Assembly (NCBI GenBank): GCA_036918135.1
Contig: JBALDB010000065.1
Span: 32,001-96,000, forward strand
DNA from: Nostoc sp.
Lineage (GTDB): Bacteria; Cyanobacteriota; Cyanobacteriia; Cyanobacteriales; Nostocaceae
Direction of reading: 5' to 3'
DNA: 64,000 nt
Part shown: positions 49,385 through 59,356 of the stretch, in pieces
Position numbering within the stretch: the stretch's first letter is position 1
Layout: each line of letters starts with the position of its first letter
Translations under genes and position numbers: made by a program
Notes under the pieces: generated by a model
What the model saw: only the letters and a program-made list of their open reading frames with translations
The model's database searches: none
What the model was told of the DNA's origin: nothing

Positions 49385-50653
49385 TTACAATGCTATTAAA
49401 AGCCGATCGGGAACGTGACATGGATAAATTTTAACTTCCGGGATTGGCACTACAAATTGTCCACCCCATTCGCCAATAAATGCCATTTGTTCTATAATTT
49501 CCTCCTTGAGATTCCAAGGTAAAATTAAAAGATAATCTGGCTGAGTTTCACGAATTTTATCTGGATGGAAGATAGGAATATGAGTTCCAGGTAAAAACAA
49601 ACCTTGCTTATAGGGATTGCAATCTACTGTGTAATTGATAAAATCTTTACCAATACCACAGTAATTGAGCAAAGTATTACCTTTAGCAGGTGCGCCATAA
49701 CCAGCGATTGATTTACCTTGGGCTTTAGCTGTTAAGATAAAACTTAATAACTTGTGCTTTGTTGCTTTAACTTTTTCTGCAAATGTGACGTAAGTTTCTA
49801 TTCGATGTAGTCCAGCGGCAATTTCTTTTTCTTTGAGATGGCTAACTCGTTCGTTAATGCTAGGATGAAGGGCGTAGTCATGTTTAGCATAAATTCTCAA
49901 TGAACCGCCATGAGTTGGTAATTCCTCTACATCAAAAAGTTGTAAGTTGTGTGCTGCAAAGATTTTTTCAATTGTCAGGAATGAGAAGTAAGAAAAATGC
50001 TCGTGATAAATAGTATCAAACTGATTTTGGGCAATGAGCTGCAAAATATGAGGAAACTCCATCGTCAAGATACCATTTGGTTTGAGGATGAGTTTCATGC
50101 CGGCAATGAAATCGTTTAGGTCTGGTACATGGGCTAAAACATTGTTACCTATCAACAGGTCAGCTAGTTTTCCTTGTATAACTAGTTCTTTAGCAGTTTT
50201 AATTCCAAAAAACTTATTAATACTAGGAATACCTCTATCTTGAGCAACCTTGGCTATATTGGCTGCTGGTTCTATTCCTAAAACAGGAATACCTTTCTCT
50301 AAAAAATATTGCAGTAAGTAGCCATCATTACTAGCGATTTCAATAACTTGAGTATGATGATTAAAATTAAATTTTTCTACCATCATATCGCTGTAAACTT
50401 TAGCATGTCTTAGCCAACTTGCCGAATATGAAGAAAAGTAAGCATAGTCACTAAAAATTTTGTCTGGAGTTTCAAATTGTTCTAATTGAACTAAGAGAGT
50501 GTCTTCAGAGATATAAGCGTGCAGAGGATAAAATTTTTCGGCATTGTTTAGCTGTTCTGGTTTCAAATAAGCATTGGCTAAAGGAGACATTCCCAAATCA
50601 ATAAAGGTTTGCTGTAAAGGTTGACCATTGAAACGACATTTAGCGATCGCCAT
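49385..50653 (-). CDS. NDP-hexose C-methyltransferase family
   Basis: DLGMSPLAN, EIASNDGYLL, NNVLAHVPD, FDTIYHEH, THGGSLR, GYGAPAKGNTLLNY. Confidence 0.9.
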   Translation of the reverse strand: MAIAKCRFNGQPLQQTFIDLGMSPLANAYLKPEQLNNAEKFYPLHAYISEDTLLVQLEQFETPDKIFSDYAYFSSYSASWLRHAKVYSDMMVEKFNFNHHTQVIEIASNDGYLLQYFLEKGIPVLGIEPAANIAKVAQDRGIPSINKFFGIKTAKELVIQGKLADLLIGNNVLAHVPDLNDFIAGMKLILKPNGILTMEFPHILQLIAQNQFDTIYHEHFSYFSFLTIEKIFAAHNLQLFDVEELPTHGGSLRIYAKHDYALHPSINERVSHLKEKEIAAGLHRIETYVTFAEKVKATKHKLLSFILTAKAQGKSIAGYGAPAKGNTLLNYCGIGKDFINYTVDCNPYKQGLFLPGTHIPIFHPDKIRETQPDYLLILPWNLKEEIIEQMAFIGEWGGQFVVPIPEVKIYPCHVPDRLLIAL

Positions 50654-50761
50654 AATTTCAAGCCCTATAAATAGTGAACAAATTGCTAGATGAAATAAGC
50701 CCGAATCAATAATGTCTGATTCGGAAACTTAAATTTTTTGTTCGCTGCTAGACAACTCTAG

Positions 50762-51790
50762 CTACTTTTTATTCCAAAAAAAATCTTTGTCAATTTGCTG
50801 GGTACGAATCAGATACTCTAGCTGTTTCAAACGGGTAAATCCTCGAAACAAGAAAGTATCTTCAGCCATATCTATTTGACTGAATAAATCAAATAGCTGT
50901 TCGGCACCAAGTCGAGCATTCCAATCACATTTAAATCCTGGTAGAACTGTGTTGATTTTCTCGAAGGATACCCGATAGCTGCGGTTATCTGTGCCATTGT
51001 TGCCAAAGAACAATTTACAATCTGGGAAAATATCAGCAATAATTTCAGCGATTTCTTTAACCCGGTAATTATTGGCTGTATCTCCTACATTGAAGATTTG
51101 GTTATGTACAATGTCTCGTGGTGCTTCCAAGGCGCAGACTATTGCTTTGCAAATATCCAATGCGTGGACTAATGGCCGCCAAGGTGTACCATCACTGGTC
51201 ATTTTGATTTGTTTGCTAGTCCACGCTAAGCCTGCCAAGTTGTTTAAAACAATATCAAAGCGCATCCTGGGAGAAGCGCCAAAAGCAGTAGCATTCCGCA
51301 TAAAGGTAGGTGAGAAGTCATCGTCAGCCAACGGTGCAACATCTGTTTCTACGAGAGTTTTACACTCTGCATAAGCTGTTTGGGGATTTACTGGCGATTC
51401 TTCTGTCACATCGCCTTTGGTAGCAACACCGTAGACACTGCACGAAGACATATACACAAAACGGCGCACGCCCATAGCCTTAGCCAAGCTAGCCAGACGA
51501 ACTGAACCTACATGATTGATTTCATAGGTAATATTCGGTGCTAATTGTCCGGCTGGGTCGTTAGAGAGTTCTGCCATGTGAACAATTGCTTCCACGCCTG
51601 ACAAATCATCAGGGGTGATGTTGCGGATGTCTTTATTCAGGGTTTTAGGTGTGACATCGCTACCGTTGTACAGCCAACCAACTTTATAGAAACCAGTATC
51701 TATACCAATAACTTCATGTCCCCGTTCGATTAACAGAGGTGGCAATAATGAACCCAGATAGCCTTCTGTGCCAGTTACTAATATTTTCAT
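50762..51790 (-). CDS. NAD-dependent epimerase/dehydratase (extended SDR)
   Basis: VTGTEGYLG, SSCSVYG, YAECK. Confidence 0.92.
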   Translation of the reverse strand: MKILVTGTEGYLGSLLPPLLIERGHEVIGIDTGFYKVGWLYNGSDVTPKTLNKDIRNITPDDLSGVEAIVHMAELSNDPAGQLAPNITYEINHVGSVRLASLAKAMGVRRFVYMSSCSVYGVATKGDVTEESPVNPQTAYAECKTLVETDVAPLADDDFSPTFMRNATAFGASPRMRFDIVLNNLAGLAWTSKQIKMTSDGTPWRPLVHALDICKAIVCALEAPRDIVHNQIFNVGDTANNYRVKEIAEIIADIFPDCKLFFGNNGTDNRSYRVSFEKINTVLPGFKCDWNARLGAEQLFDLFSQIDMAEDTFLFRGFTRLKQLEYLIRTQQIDKDFFWNKK

Positions 51791-52088
51791 TGTGGTTAAT
51801 GCCTTTGTATTGAAGAGTTAATATTTGATTTTGTTTTCTGGGGATGCATAGCTATGCGCCCCTATAGCGCATTGCATCCAAAAGACAACCGCTATCTGAC
51901 TAGCTTTACAGTCATTACGTAGTTACTAAAATCCATTGCTGCCTTATCGATTAGGCAACAGCACTCTATAGCACTACTCTTTTTTCTTATGGGATGGGTG
52001 TCCTGAGACAGCCAAGATGCCCAGACGACAAGATTCACCCTTGAATTTCAACAACGCCGTATCTTGAAAGTGCAAGCAGGTATAGTAT

Positions 52089-53303
52089 CTATGCAGTTAC
52101 TACGCTATCTAAATGCGAGAGTTGAGGAATTTGCGCCACAATGGCTTTGCCAATTTCTAAAGAAGAAGTAGCAGCAGGGGAAGGAGCATTGCAAACATGA
52201 ATAGAGTTTTGACCGGAAACAATCAAAAAGTCATCTACAAGCTTGCCATCGTTCATTAAAGCTTGAGCGCGGACTCCTGCATGGGTGGGAACTAAATCTT
52301 CTGCTTGGACTTCGGGAATTAGTTTTTGCAAACTTTTAACGAAAGCTGCTTTACTAAAGGAACGAATAATTTCTTGAATGCCTTCAGGCGCATGTTTAAT
52401 TGACAATTTCCAAAAACCAGGGTAAGTAACCACTTCCAGAAAATCGCCTAAGTCAAAGTCAGTTTTTTTGTAACCTTCGCGTTTGAGCGACAAAACCGCG
52501 TTTGGCCCTGCATGAACGCTACCATCAATCATCCGGGTAAAGTGGACGCCCAAGAAGGGAAAATCTGGGTTGGGTACTGGATAAATTAGAGTCTTGACTA
52601 GATAGCGTTTTTCTGGTGTGAGTTCGTAATATTCTCCCCGGAATGGCACAATTTTGGCTTGGGGTTTAACTTGAGCTAATTTGGCAGTGCGATCGCTATG
52701 CAATCCACTACAATTGATTACGAATCGGGTTTCAAAGCTACCCTTGTTCGTTTCTAGTACCTGATTTTTACTGCTTGGCGAGATTTTCAGTACTTTTGTA
52801 TTTAGATGTAAATGTCCCCCCTGCTGTTGAATCAGCTGGGCATATTTCAAACAAACTTGCTTGTAATTAACAATACCAGTTGAAAATACCCGAATTCCAC
52901 CTATACAACTAACGTGAGGTTCAATTTCCTTGACTTCCTCAGGAGTGATTCTTTGGACTTCTATACCATTTTCTAAACCGCGTTGGTAAAGATTTTCTAG
53001 GCGTGGTAGCTCTTGTTCTTCAGTTGCAACAATTACTTTACCACAAATTTCATGGTCAATTCCATATTTTTCACAAAATTCTACCATTGAGCGAGAACCA
53101 TCACGACAAAATTTCGCTTTGAAACTCCCTGGCTTGTAGTAAATACCAGAATGAATCACTCCGCTATTATTGCCGGTTTGGTGAAATGCCCATTGACTCT
53201 CTTTTTCTAGTACTAAAATACGTGCATTGGAATAGTATTTTCCTAAAGCCAGCGCTGTAGAGAGTCCAACTATTCCCCCACCTATAATTGCAAAATCATA
53301 CAT
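52089..53303 (-). CDS. lhgO: L-2-hydroxyglutarate oxidase family FAD oxidoreductase
   Basis: IGGGIVG, HQTGNNSGVIHSGIYY, PFLGVHFT, NAPSPAATSS. Confidence 0.88.
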   Translation of the reverse strand: MYDFAIIGGGIVGLSTALALGKYYSNARILVLEKESQWAFHQTGNNSGVIHSGIYYKPGSFKAKFCRDGSRSMVEFCEKYGIDHEICGKVIVATEEQELPRLENLYQRGLENGIEVQRITPEEVKEIEPHVSCIGGIRVFSTGIVNYKQVCLKYAQLIQQQGGHLHLNTKVLKISPSSKNQVLETNKGSFETRFVINCSGLHSDRTAKLAQVKPQAKIVPFRGEYYELTPEKRYLVKTLIYPVPNPDFPFLGVHFTRMIDGSVHAGPNAVLSLKREGYKKTDFDLGDFLEVVTYPGFWKLSIKHAPEGIQEIIRSFSKAAFVKSLQKLIPEVQAEDLVPTHAGVRAQALMNDGKLVDDFLIVSGQNSIHVCNAPSPAATSSLEIGKAIVAQIPQLSHLDSVVTA

Positions 53304-53386
53304 CAGTATTATCGTAGTTAAAGTTACACTAAATCCATTAAGTCATTTGTCATTTGTCATTTGACTTTTAATTTTAAACTCTCTTT

Positions 53387-54160
53387 CTACCATATCTTCC
53401 AAGGAGCTTGATTACTTTTCCATAACTCCTCTAAGTGGTTTTTATCGCGTAAAGTGTCCATTGGTTGCCAAAAACCGTAATGCCTAAAAGCAGATAGCTG
53501 TTCCATAGCGGCTAGCTTTTCTAATGGCTCTTGTTCCCATATTGTAGAATCATCAGCAATCAAGTTTATCACTTCTGGTTCTAACACAAAATAACCGCCA
53601 TTAATCCAAGCACCATCGCCTTCAGGTTTTTCCCGAAAGCTGGTAATTTTAGTTTGCTCATATCCTAAGGAAATGGCACCAAAACGTCCTGCTGGTTGAA
53701 CGGCTGTCAGTGTTGCTAAAGTATTTTGTTGTTGATGGAATTTAACTAATTCGGTGATATTTATATCACTTACACCATCACCATAAGTAAAGCAAAAAGT
53801 CTCATTTCCCAGATGTTCGCTGATTCGCTTTAAGCGTCCACCTGTCATTGTATAATCGCCGGTATTTATTAAGGTGACACGCCAGGGTTCAGCATATCCA
53901 GAATGCACGTTCATCTGATTAAACCGCATGTCAAAGGTAACATCTGACATGTGTAAGAAGTAATTAGCAAAATATTCTTTAATTATGTAACCTTTGTAAC
54001 CACAACAAATAATGAAGTCATTAATGCCGTGAGCAGAGTAAGTCTTCATTATGTGCCATAGAATTGGCTTACCACCAATCTCAACCATTGGCTTGGGTCT
54101 GATACTAGTTTCTTCGCTGAGGCGTGTACCAAGCCCTCCGGCCAAAATCACCGCTTTCAT
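53387..54160 (-). CDS. rfbF: Glucose-1-phosphate cytidylyltransferase
   Basis: MKAVILAGGLGTRLSEET..RPKPMVEIG, TMTGGRLKR, GFWQPMDTLRDK. Confidence 0.95.
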   Translation of the reverse strand: MKAVILAGGLGTRLSEETSIRPKPMVEIGGKPILWHIMKTYSAHGINDFIICCGYKGYIIKEYFANYFLHMSDVTFDMRFNQMNVHSGYAEPWRVTLINTGDYTMTGGRLKRISEHLGNETFCFTYGDGVSDINITELVKFHQQQNTLATLTAVQPAGRFGAISLGYEQTKITSFREKPEGDGAWINGGYFVLEPEVINLIADDSTIWEQEPLEKLAAMEQLSAFRHYGFWQPMDTLRDKNHLEELWKSNQAPWKIW

Positions 54161-54738
54161 CAAATTACCTCGGAGATTTGTAGGGATATTATTTGTCTTT
54201 CTGGAGATGAAGAGGATGCACTTACATGGAGAAAATTTTTTCTGATTTATTTTTCTCAGTCAATAATCTAACTATATTTTTTTGCAAAATTATGAAGCAG
54301 ACATAAATTAAAATCTTTTCAATATAAAAGCTCTATGAATATCTATACAGCACAATTCATAAATTACAAGCAAGCAAGGAAAGCCCCGCAAGGCGTGAGA
54401 ATCAATTAAGCAAGTATAAAACCCCAGCTAATTATAGGTAAAAAATTCCTTCTCAATTCCGATTCTATTTTGCAGAAATCCTGACATATACAGATTTATC
54501 GTGGGTAACCTTGTTGCACGCCTGTCAATGTTTTTATCTGAATATTAAAGTGAAATTTTCCTAAATTACTCAATTAAATAAAAATGTTACATATATAGCC
54601 GTAGTCACACCCTTTAGGACATTATGACAAGCGTGAATGCTAGGAATAATAATAGTTCAACCTCCTGCATAGCTGCCTTCTGCCGACGCTCGCAGACTCG
54701 CTAACGCTGCGCTATCCTGCCTCCTGCTAAAAAATAAC

Positions 54739-54764
54739 TAGGATTAGCTTGCTCTAATCCTAGT
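54739..54764. terminator. Hairpin downstream of kinase-TPR gene
   Basis: ctaggattag...ctaatcctag inverted repeat. Confidence 0.5.
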
Positions 54765-54822
54765 CAGATTTGATTTATTGAATTAAAACCAATGACGTGC
54801 AAATAATAAAACTTATTTGTTT

Positions 54823-56994
54823 TTAGTTGATTTTTTCTACACTACCCGGTTCTTGGAATAAAGGATCGCATTTGTTTTCGATAACTACGCACATGTTACT
54901 GAGTGCTTGCTGATAATTATCCATATCATTTTGCTCAAGAAAAATTTTAGCGGCTGTCTGTAAATCTGCGATTGCTTTTGTTTGATTTTGGTTAGATTCT
55001 TTACCACCATATTGTGCTAGTTCATAACGAACCATACCTCGTTTGAGAAAGACTTTTGCTAATCTGGGGCTTATGGTTAATGCTTGGTTAAAGTCAGCGA
55101 TCGCTTGATTATATTCTTGCTCATAATTGCTGCTAAATTGGGCAATTTGATAATAGACAATACCGCGCTGGAAGTAAGCTTCTGCTTTGTATAGATTTAG
55201 CTTGATTGCTTGAGTAAAATCTGCGATCGCTTTTTGATAAACTTGTTGAGATTCACCGCTGTATTTAGCCATTTGGGTGCGGACAATCCCGCGTCTAATA
55301 TAAGCTTCCACTTCATTAGGATCGAAGCCGATAGCGCGATTGTAGTCGGCAATTGCTAGATTATATTCTGTATCAGGATCGTTGCTCAATTCAGCGAGCA
55401 TAAACCGGGCATTCCCCCGATTCACAAGTGCTTTGATTTGATTAGGCTTGATTTTCAAAGCTTGGGTGTAATCTGCAACTGCTCCTTCGTAATCTTTCAA
55501 GTTATAACGAGCGTTGCCACGATTTACAATTGCTCTAGCATGTTGGGGTTGTTGTTCAATCGCTTGGCTATAATTTGTGACTGCTTTTTCATAGTCTCGC
55601 TGTATATAAGCAGCATGACCTTGCTGAAAATAATCTTCAAAGCTGAGTTTGTTATTTATCCGATCGGATTTTAATGTTTGTTGAGTGTAAGCATTGTGGG
55701 AAACCAACGGCTCGGTGAATTTAATCATTAAGTCCGCATATCCCAATAAACCAAAACCTAACAAGCAAAAAACAACCGGATACAATTTTGACTTTCTGGA
55801 ACGTCTAAAAGGTGAAGCCTTTGGGGTAATTACTGGTGGTTGCCAATAATTCGCTAGGTGCGATGACATGACTCGCTGTGGCAAGCGTGGTACTTGGGTA
55901 TGGCGTTTTTTCGGTTTAATTCGCGGTTGTAAATGTTCTCTGGCTTCTATTGCCCGATGTGATGGGAAAGGATCGCGTCCACCTAATCGCACGGTACGTT
56001 CGCACCAAGGACAAAGATCTAAATGGTTGTTGTAACGATGTTGGGGATTAGTAGTGCAAGTAATCAAGGAATCTTCGGCTTCCGCTATTGCTGAAAGCCA
56101 AGTTTGGGCACTCGGTCGCACCTGTGGGTTATTGTGACCGTCTTCAAAACAACGTACAAATAATTCTTGTAAGCTGGGATGAAGAATTTCCCAGGGAGGT
56201 GCGATGGGTGTAGGTAGGTAGGGTACGCGTCGCTTTTGGCTGTAAGTAAAATGTCCGGCTGCAATGCGTGCTTCGTAAGGCGGTGGCTCCATAGCACCTT
56301 GAAAAATCCCGGAAAATGGGTGCGTACCTTCCATTAACAGTTGAAATACCAGTACTGATAACCCAAATAAGTCATGGGAAATTTCGCGATCGTGTTCGGC
56401 AAAAGTTTTATTTTGTAGTTCTGGTGGGGTAAACTCTGGTTTCCCCACCGAACAACGATAAACAAGGTTGGTGTTTGGGTTGCGTACTTGGAAAGAGTCA
56501 GTGTCTATCAAAGTCACCAGCGCTGTGTCACTGACGAGGATGTTTGACTCATTCACATCGCCAATGCAATATCCACTAGCGTGCAAAGCTGCAAAAGCTG
56601 CCGCCAGGTTACGAGCCGTGCGGAGCAGGTACTGATAGTTGAATAACGGGCAGTGTTGGCGACGGGTTCTTGGGTTATAAAAGTCAATGATTGGACGCAT
56701 TCCCTGAATGCGTGGCATTAAAAACCCCAAGATATCATTGCTACCATCTGCGGCACGTAATAAATCCTCTGGCCAAGCAATGGAAATATGCCCCAAACTA
56801 GCTGTGGGGTTTTCCGGCGGGTTAGCCAGCATTGCTTGGAGTTTTTCAGCATGAGCAGTGGTTGGCTTGTGGTAAATCTTTGCCACCAAGTTGCTATCGG
56901 ATGGCAGTCCATAAACACAAGCTTCACCACCACGCCCCAAACTGATACTCAAATTGAGGATTTCTTTTTTAGGAGAACAACGTAGTACCTGCAT
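54823..56994 (-). CDS. YegI/TerY-associated-type Ser/Thr kinase with TM segment and TPRs
   Basis: LGRGGEA, VAKIYH, IGDVNESNIL, LIDTDSF, FTPPEL, GTHPF, C..N..H....HL..CPWC zinc motif; C-terminal TPRs. Confidence 0.88.
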   Translation of the reverse strand: MQVLRCSPKKEILNLSISLGRGGEACVYGLPSDSNLVAKIYHKPTTAHAEKLQAMLANPPENPTASLGHISIAWPEDLLRAADGSNDILGFLMPRIQGMRPIIDFYNPRTRRQHCPLFNYQYLLRTARNLAAAFAALHASGYCIGDVNESNILVSDTALVTLIDTDSFQVRNPNTNLVYRCSVGKPEFTPPELQNKTFAEHDREISHDLFGLSVLVFQLLMEGTHPFSGIFQGAMEPPPYEARIAAGHFTYSQKRRVPYLPTPIAPPWEILHPSLQELFVRCFEDGHNNPQVRPSAQTWLSAIAEAEDSLITCTTNPQHRYNNHLDLCPWCERTVRLGGRDPFPSHRAIEAREHLQPRIKPKKRHTQVPRLPQRVMSSHLANYWQPPVITPKASPFRRSRKSKLYPVVFCLLGFGLLGYADLMIKFTEPLVSHNAYTQQTLKSDRINNKLSFEDYFQQGHAAYIQRDYEKAVTNYSQAIEQQPQHARAIVNRGNARYNLKDYEGAVADYTQALKIKPNQIKALVNRGNARFMLAELSNDPDTEYNLAIADYNRAIGFDPNEVEAYIRRGIVRTQMAKYSGESQQVYQKAIADFTQAIKLNLYKAEAYFQRGIVYYQIAQFSSNYEQEYNQAIADFNQALTISPRLAKVFLKRGMVRYELAQYGGKESNQNQTKAIADLQTAAKIFLEQNDMDNYQQALSNMCVVIENKCDPLFQEPGSVEKIN

Positions 56995-57049
56995 AGTCAA
57001 ATTACCGCTAACGAGAGTATTTAAAATCTCAAACTTTTAAAATTAATGC

Positions 57050-57832
57050 TTATGAGTCATTGAATGCAGCTATAATCAGTGTTAAATCATCATCAGTGCG
57101 TTGGGTAATCCGCTCTGAACGTAAGAACCTTACTAACTGCTCTTTTGCTGCTGTTTTATCCTCGGTATTAGCTACAAATTCAAACAGCGGAAAAAAGAAC
57201 GGTTTATGAGGTTCCCCAACAACCATATTTAAAGCTAGCATTTGTAACCCGTCAGTAATTATACCAACATTTACTATGTCTGTACGCCATAATCTCATCT
57301 GTGCTGTATCTAAGGCAGTGGGCGAAGTTAAAAAGGTGGTTTCGTTGATGTATTCGCCGCTATCAGGCATAGTCAGTGCTAGGAGGTTACCCATTTGGTC
57401 TTTTGCTACTGCCAAACCATCACCTATTTGGGCTACAGCCACAACTTCTGGTGTAGCAACCATGATAATTAAGGTAGTTGCTAGGTCTTGAGGCTGTTTG
57501 TCACAACCAAAAGCTTCATCCTCCACAGCTTTTTTGGCAGCTAGTATGGCATCATTTAAGAGCGATCGCACATGACTATCATTAGTCAAAGTGCTTCGGG
57601 TTAATTGTTTAGTACAAATGTTTTCGATTGCTGTCTCCACAGCAACCATCGCTCCTACTTTCCCAAGACTTGCAGAACCCGCGCCATCTGCTGCCGCCGC
57701 CACTAAAATGTTATTTGACAAGAGCTGCCAGTGATGAGCATCCTGACATAACTGTTTATTTCTTAAGTGACTTGTACCACATACTGATGCAGCCACAATC
57801 CGCCATTGAGCAATCTGTTTTGATAGATTCAT
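57050..57832 (-). CDS. PP2C-like phosphatase (YegK/TerY-P type)
   Basis: ASVCGTSH, CQDA, AADGAGSA, QIGDG, GEYINETTF, TDG, RTDDDLTL. Confidence 0.9.
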   Translation of the reverse strand: MNLSKQIAQWRIVAASVCGTSHLRNKQLCQDAHHWQLLSNNILVAAAADGAGSASLGKVGAMVAVETAIENICTKQLTRSTLTNDSHVRSLLNDAILAAKKAVEDEAFGCDKQPQDLATTLIIMVATPEVVAVAQIGDGLAVAKDQMGNLLALTMPDSGEYINETTFLTSPTALDTAQMRLWRTDIVNVGIITDGLQMLALNMVVGEPHKPFFFPLFEFVANTEDKTAAKEQLVRFLRSERITQRTDDDLTLIIAAFNDS

Positions 57833-57867
57833 AAGATTTTGTTCCAACAGCCAGCTGCCATCTTTAA

Positions 57868-58542
57868 TTAAACAGTCCCCCAACCAATCGGCGGTAGTGC
57901 TACCTGTTCGTCCACCTGGGAATGCGAAACAGCTGACATACTAGCTGAGAGCCAAACAAACATCTCAATAAAGTTTAGCCCTTTGAGTTTCAGCGGAGTA
58001 CGCACAGCTATTTGATTTAAGCGCGTCATGTTGGCATTTTCCACACCAACTGTAAAAAATGCTACCCTTTTATTTGCTTCATCACCTTGTAAGCGCTGGG
58101 CTGCTTGATCCACCACATGATCTAACTCACCTTGCGGTTCTCCGTCAGTGATCATAAATACCCAAGGACGATAGTAAGCAATCCCATTGGTACGATATTG
58201 AGATTTTCTCTCTTGAATAATGTCTAAAGCTTTATGAATTCCTGCGCCCATCGTTGTCAATCCTTGAGCTGTCAAAATCGGCGGATTGAATTGATCGGCA
58301 GTTACAAAGTCTTGTACTACATTAATATTACTATCAAAAGTTACGATCGCCACTTCTACCCGTCTGGCGGCCAAGGAATTTTTTATCAATTCATCCTTTA
58401 AACTTAATAAACCCTGATTTAAAGCCTCAATCGGATCTCCTTGCATCGAGCCAGATGTATCTAGTAGAAGTACGCACGGACAACGCGGTTCTGGATTTTC
58501 TGCAAACTCTACAACTTCATCAAGTCTTAATGTGTCATGCAT
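57868..58542 (-). CDS. vWA domain protein (TerY/YegL-like)
   Basis: ENPEPRCPCVLLLDTSGSM, YYRPWVFMITDGEP, FVWLSASM. Confidence 0.92.
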   Translation of the reverse strand: MHDTLRLDEVVEFAENPEPRCPCVLLLDTSGSMQGDPIEALNQGLLSLKDELIKNSLAARRVEVAIVTFDSNINVVQDFVTADQFNPPILTAQGLTTMGAGIHKALDIIQERKSQYRTNGIAYYRPWVFMITDGEPQGELDHVVDQAAQRLQGDEANKRVAFFTVGVENANMTRLNQIAVRTPLKLKGLNFIEMFVWLSASMSAVSHSQVDEQVALPPIGWGTV

Positions 58543-59356
58543 AACTTTTTGTGTTATGTTAAAGTCCAAAGTTTTATTTCCCTTTCAAAGTATATAATTT
58601 CAGCCACTGGGGTGACTACAGATATAGTATTTAGTGGTAGATGCTCTAACTGTCATCAAACATATAATTTCGATCGAGTTCTCTATATATTTTAAGAGAG
58701 CTTGAGCGGCATTTAGTTGGGCAAAAAAGAGTTTTTCAAAACTCAGCATTACCTGTTGTAGTATATCTCCCCAAAATTTATATCTATCAAACCTAGAGTA
58801 CAATAAATACTTAGGCTTTCCTACATAAGTTTTTAAAGATTTTATGTAGGATAATCGTTTCTTTATAGAAAAGTAATTAAACGTAATTAAGAACATTAGC
58901 TTTTCAAGTGTACCTGTGTTATTGTCCGAAGTTTGAATCACTGCTTCTTAAGTGAATTAGCAGAACTTAAGATATAAAATATTAAGGTTTTGAGGGGAGC
59001 ATTTATCAATGGTCAGTCAAATCGAAAGTGGTTAACATGTATTGTGATTCTATTTACTAACGCTCTTTACATTTGTTAATTTATGCTTACCTTCAGTCGA
59101 AAAGTCAGGAATAAAACGAAAAAGAAGTTGTTTTATGCATAGTGTACATAATTAAAGACAACTGTTTATTTTTAAAACCTGATTAAAAAGTATAAAATAT
59201 AACTAATTTATTAAAAAGTTATAATTATTAATATATATACATATTTAAATAAATATTTTATACATAGAGAAAAATTACAAACAAGAAAAGACTTCATAGC
59301 TGATATTTGTAATTTACAAATGTTCGGTTGCTGATTCCGCAAAAAAGTAGAAAAAT

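Noticed and set aside
58600..58941. 113-aa minus-strand ORF upstream of vWA
   Set aside because: Non-ATG start, no recognisable motif, AT-rich divergent promoter region
59044..59057. GTG-N8-TAC NtcA-like site upstream of the PatA-like gene
   Set aside because: Non-consensus match in AT-rich DNA; not distinguishable from chance
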